This document shows positions 50,100-52,924 of a DNA stretch of 52,924 nt, piece by piece (position 1 is the stretch's first letter; every line of letters starts with the position of its first letter). Origin of the DNA: Thermoanaerobaculaceae bacterium (GTDB taxonomy: Bacteria > Acidobacteriota > Thermoanaerobaculia > Thermoanaerobaculales > Thermoanaerobaculaceae). The stretch is from contig JACADV010000016.1 in NCBI GenBank assembly GCA_013388425.1, positions 1-52,924 of the forward strand. The letters run 5' to 3'. The notes under the pieces are model-generated. The model did no database searches and was not told the origin of the DNA. It saw only the letters and a program-made list of their open reading frames with translations. Both the position numbers and the translations under genes were made by a program.

Positions 50100-51647
50100 T
50101 CATAGCGGAATGTTCCCGTGCTTCTTGGGCGGCATCCAATCCCGCTTGTTGGCCGCCAGCTGCAGCGCCCCGATCACCCGGCGGCGGGTCTCCCGCGGCT
50201 GGATCACCGCGTCCACGAAGCCCCGCTCCGCGGCCACCAGGGGGTTGGCGAACTTGTCCGTGTACTCGCGCACGAGCTGGCTGCGCCGCCCCTCGGGGTC
50301 GGCTGCCCGCTCAATGTCTCGCCGGTAGAGGATGTTCACCGCACCCTGCGGCCCCATCACGGCAATTTCCGCCGTGGGGTAGGCAAAGTTGAAGTCGGTG
50401 CGGATGTGCTTCGAGCCCATCACGCAGTAGGCGCCGCCGTAGGCCTTGCGCGTGATCACGGTGATCTTGGGCACCGTGGCCTCGGCCAAGGCATAGAGGA
50501 GCTTGGCCCCGTGCTTGATGATCCCACCGTGCTCCTGTTCCACGCCGGGAAGAAAGCCGGGAACGTCCTCGAGGATCAGGAGCGGCACGTTGAAGGCGTC
50601 GCAGAACCGGGTGAAGCGCGCGCCCTTGACCGAGGCGTTGATGTCGAGCACGCCCGCCAGGTGCGCCGGTTGGTTGGCCACCACGCCCACCGGCTGCCCC
50701 CCCAGGCGCAGGAAACCGACCACGAGGTTGCGGGCAAAGTGCTCGTGCACCTCCAAAAAGTCCCCATTGTCCGCCACCGAGTGGATGAGGCGCTTGATGT
50801 CGTAGGGCTTGTTGGGGTCCTCGGGAACCAGCGTATCGAGGCTCTCGTCGTCCCGGTCCAGGGGATCGGTGGTGGGGCGCAGGGGGGGATCGGCAGCGTT
50901 GTTGAGGGGCAAGAACGACAGCAGCCGGCGAATGGAGCGCAGGGTGTCCAGGTCGTCGGCGCAGGAAAAGTGGGCAACACCGGAGATCTGCGAGTGGGTC
51001 GCCGCCCCGCCCAAGCGTTCCATCGTCACCTCTTCGTGGGTCACGGTGCGGATCACCTCCGGCCCGGTGACGAACATGTACGACGTGCCGCGGGTCATGA
51101 ACACGAAATCGGTGATGGCCGGGGAGTACACGGCACCCCCGGCACAGGGCCCCATGATCGCCGAGATCTGCGGGATCACCCCGGAGCAGATGGTGTTACG
51201 CAGGAAGATGTCGGCGTAGCCGCCCAGCGATACCACCCCCTCCTGGATGCGCGCCCCGCCGGAGTCGTTGAGCCCGATCACCGGGATGCCAAACTTGAGG
51301 GCCAGGTCCATGATCTTACAGATCTTCTCGGCGTGGGCCTCGGACAGCGAGCCGCCAAACACGGTGAAGTCCTGGGCGAAGATCGCCACCGACCGCCCCT
51401 CGATGCGGCCAAAGCCGGTGAGCACCCCATCGCCGGGGATTCGCTGCTCCTCCATGCCAAAGTCGTGGCAGCGGTGCATCACCAGGCGATCCACCTCCTC
51501 GAACGACCCGGGATCCACCAGTAGCTCGCACCGTTCGCGGGCGGTCAGTTTGCCGGCCGCGTGCTGCCTGGCAACGCGCTCGGCCCCACCCCCCTCGAGG
51601 CTGGCCGCCTCGAGCTTGCGGAGACGCTCCCGAAAATCCTGGCCCAT
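50100..51647 (-). CDS. Acyl-CoA carboxylase carboxyltransferase subunit (propionyl-CoA carboxylase beta / methylmalonyl-CoA carboxyltransferase 12S family)
   Basis: Two crotonase-like carboxyltransferase halves: GGARIQEG...[18 protein letters not shown] and [10 protein letters not shown]. Confidence 0.9.
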   Translation of the reverse strand: MGQDFRERLRKLEAASLEGGGAERVARQHAAGKLTARERCELLVDPGSFEEVDRLVMHRCHDFGMEEQRIPGDGVLTGFGRIEGRSVAIFAQDFTVFGGSLSEAHAEKICKIMDLALKFGIPVIGLNDSGGARIQEGVVSLGGYADIFLRNTICSGVIPQISAIMGPCAGGAVYSPAITDFVFMTRGTSYMFVTGPEVIRTVTHEEVTMERLGGAATHSQISGVAHFSCADDLDTLRSIRRLLSFLPLNNAADPPLRPTTDPLDRDDESLDTLVPEDPNKPYDIKRLIHSVADNGDFLEVHEHFARNLVVGFLRLGGQPVGVVANQPAHLAGVLDINASVKGARFTRFCDAFNVPLLILEDVPGFLPGVEQEHGGIIKHGAKLLYALAEATVPKITVITRKAYGGAYCVMGSKHIRTDFNFAYPTAEIAVMGPQGAVNILYRRDIERAADPEGRRSQLVREYTDKFANPLVAAERGFVDAVIQPRETRRRVIGALQLAANKRDWMPPKKHGNIPL

Positions 51648-51707
51648 AACACACTCTCCCGACCCACCAGCACAGGCAACGAAAGCGCATTATGCTAGCA
51701 CGACGTC

Positions 51708-52910
51708 ATGGCAAGTCGCGCCCCGTCGCCGCTCGAAGCTCTCGCCGCCGCGGTGCAGGAGCTTCGCCCCAAAGGGTTTCGCGATCTCTACCTGGAGCGG
51801 GTCGCCGACACGGTGTGGTCGCTCGTGGGGGGTGCCGTGGTGGCCCGCCACACCCTGCTGCGGGAGGGAGCGGCGGTCCGCTTTCCCGGTTCCCTGCGTT
51901 CCAGCGACGGGGCCACGCGCATTATCCTCGCCGAACTCTTGGGTGTACCAGGGCGCCGCCTCCCCCCGCTGACCTTCCCCCCCTTCCCACCGGCGCCACC
52001 GCTGGAGGACCTCCCGGCAGAGACGTTGCGCGCCGTGCAGACGGTGCGCTGGCGCTGGCGCTGGGCAGCTCTCGTCAACCTGCGGTCGGCTACCGAACTC
52101 TTCCGCCCCCAACTGTGCGAACTCACCTTTGACGACGGCTTCCGCATCCTCTCCACCTGGCCCCCACCCCCCACGGTGGGGAGCCACGAACCACCCCTCC
52201 CCAAGGGCCCTCTCCCGCCTTCGGGTCGCGCGCGCGTCCTCCTCGCGCCGGCTGCTGCAGCCGTCCTCCTCCACGAAGGGGTGGGGCACCTGCTGGAGGG
52301 GGACCTCCTCTCCACCCAACACCGGCCGCTCGTCACGCTCGGTGCCCCCCTGGCCGACGCAGCCCTCACCGTGGTGGACGACCCCACCCGGTGCGACCTG
52401 CCCGGAGGGTTTTCGGCGGACGACGAGGGAATCCCCGCCCGCCGGCGCCTCCTCGTGGCGGGGGGGGTGGTGGTGGGGTTGCTCGCCGATACGGAAACGG
52501 CATCGCACCTGGGGGTAGCCGCTGGCAGCGCGCGGCGCGCCTCGGTGCACTCCTGGCCGCGGCCGAGGATCTCCAACCTCGTGCTGGAGACCTGGCAAAC
52601 CCCCGAGACCCCGCTCCGTCACGAGGCGGACGTGGAGGTGGAAAGCGTGCGCTCCGGCTCCCTGGTGGCGCAGAGTGGCCACGTGCGTCTGGCCGTGCGT
52701 CGGGCGTGGCGCCTGCGCCGCGGGCAGCGGGTGCAGGTGCTGCCGCCGTTCCTCCTGACCGGCTCCATCGTGGACGCCCTCCAGCGCCTTCGCCTCGCCG
52801 GGCCTGCCGCTGCCAGCGGCGAACCCGGCTGGTGCGGCAAGGGGGGAGAAGTGGTGCCCGTGGGCGCCGTGACGCCGTGGCTGGTGACCGAGGGGTTGGA
52901 CGTGCGATGA
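51708..52910 (+). CDS. TldD/PmbA-family (peptidase U62) protein
   Basis: HEGVGHLLEGD metal-binding motif and a C-terminal GxC region (GEPGWCGKGG). A second ATG at 52907 overlaps the stop, suggesting the paired tldD/pmbA partner begins at the window edge. Confidence 0.75.
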   Translation: MASRAPSPLEALAAAVQELRPKGFRDLYLERVADTVWSLVGGAVVARHTLLREGAAVRFPGSLRSSDGATRIILAELLGVPGRRLPPLTFPPFPPAPPLEDLPAETLRAVQTVRWRWRWAALVNLRSATELFRPQLCELTFDDGFRILSTWPPPPTVGSHEPPLPKGPLPPSGRARVLLAPAAAAVLLHEGVGHLLEGDLLSTQHRPLVTLGAPLADAALTVVDDPTRCDLPGGFSADDEGIPARRRLLVAGGVVVGLLADTETASHLGVAAGSARRASVHSWPRPRISNLVLETWQTPETPLRHEADVEVESVRSGSLVAQSGHVRLAVRRAWRLRRGQRVQVLPPFLLTGSIVDALQRLRLAGPAAASGEPGWCGKGGEVVPVGAVTPWLVTEGLDVR

Positions 52911-52924
52911 AGGGAGCCCTGTCC

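Overview
High-GC (about 70%) bacterial chromosomal segment, gene-dense on both strands. The cell envelope is diderm: an OmpA-like beta-barrel protein and an Oar-type TonB-dependent receptor are encoded. c-di-AMP signalling is present through a cdaA-cdaR-glmM module. The window contains: (i) a minus-strand glycoconjugate operon of four translationally coupled GT1-family (GT4-type) glycosyltransferases ending in a priming polyprenyl-phosphate sugar transferase (1639-7638). (ii) A tRNA-Val/tRNA-Asp pair with its own promoter and terminator, followed by a truncated flavodiiron-like remnant. (iii) A housekeeping block whose neighbours match the well-known tilS-hpt-ftsH and ftsH-folP-glmM neighbourhoods; here a tRNA(CAU) sits 5 nt upstream of tilS, and folP-cdaA-cdaR-glmM are joined by ATGA/GTGA overlaps. 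(iv) An unusual minus-strand operon: an RsbW-like kinase, a STAS antagonist, a polyprenyl synthetase, and a membrane-anchored, active-site-degenerate alkaline-phosphatase-superfamily (PF01663-like) gene whose frame is broken by a single nucleotide. Across from it are a HemL-like class-III aminotransferase that lacks the PLP lysine and a tiny 4xCxxC ORF. (v) An eno-ftsB-Ser/Thr-kinase-cyclophilin block, then iscS and mfd. (vi) An Oar-like TonB-dependent receptor followed by a large SPFH + phosphodiesterase (AP superfamily) + TPR fusion protein whose catalytic core is a canonical paralog of the degenerate gene in (iv). (vii) A three-subunit acyl-CoA carboxylase (carboxyltransferase, biotin carboxylase, BCCP) and a TldD/PmbA protein. 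I found no CRISPR array, transposase, integrase or recognisable defence system. CDS coordinates follow the supplied ORF track, with start codons refined by hand. In the ORF track, ORFs that begin on GTG or TTG are shown with an initial M.
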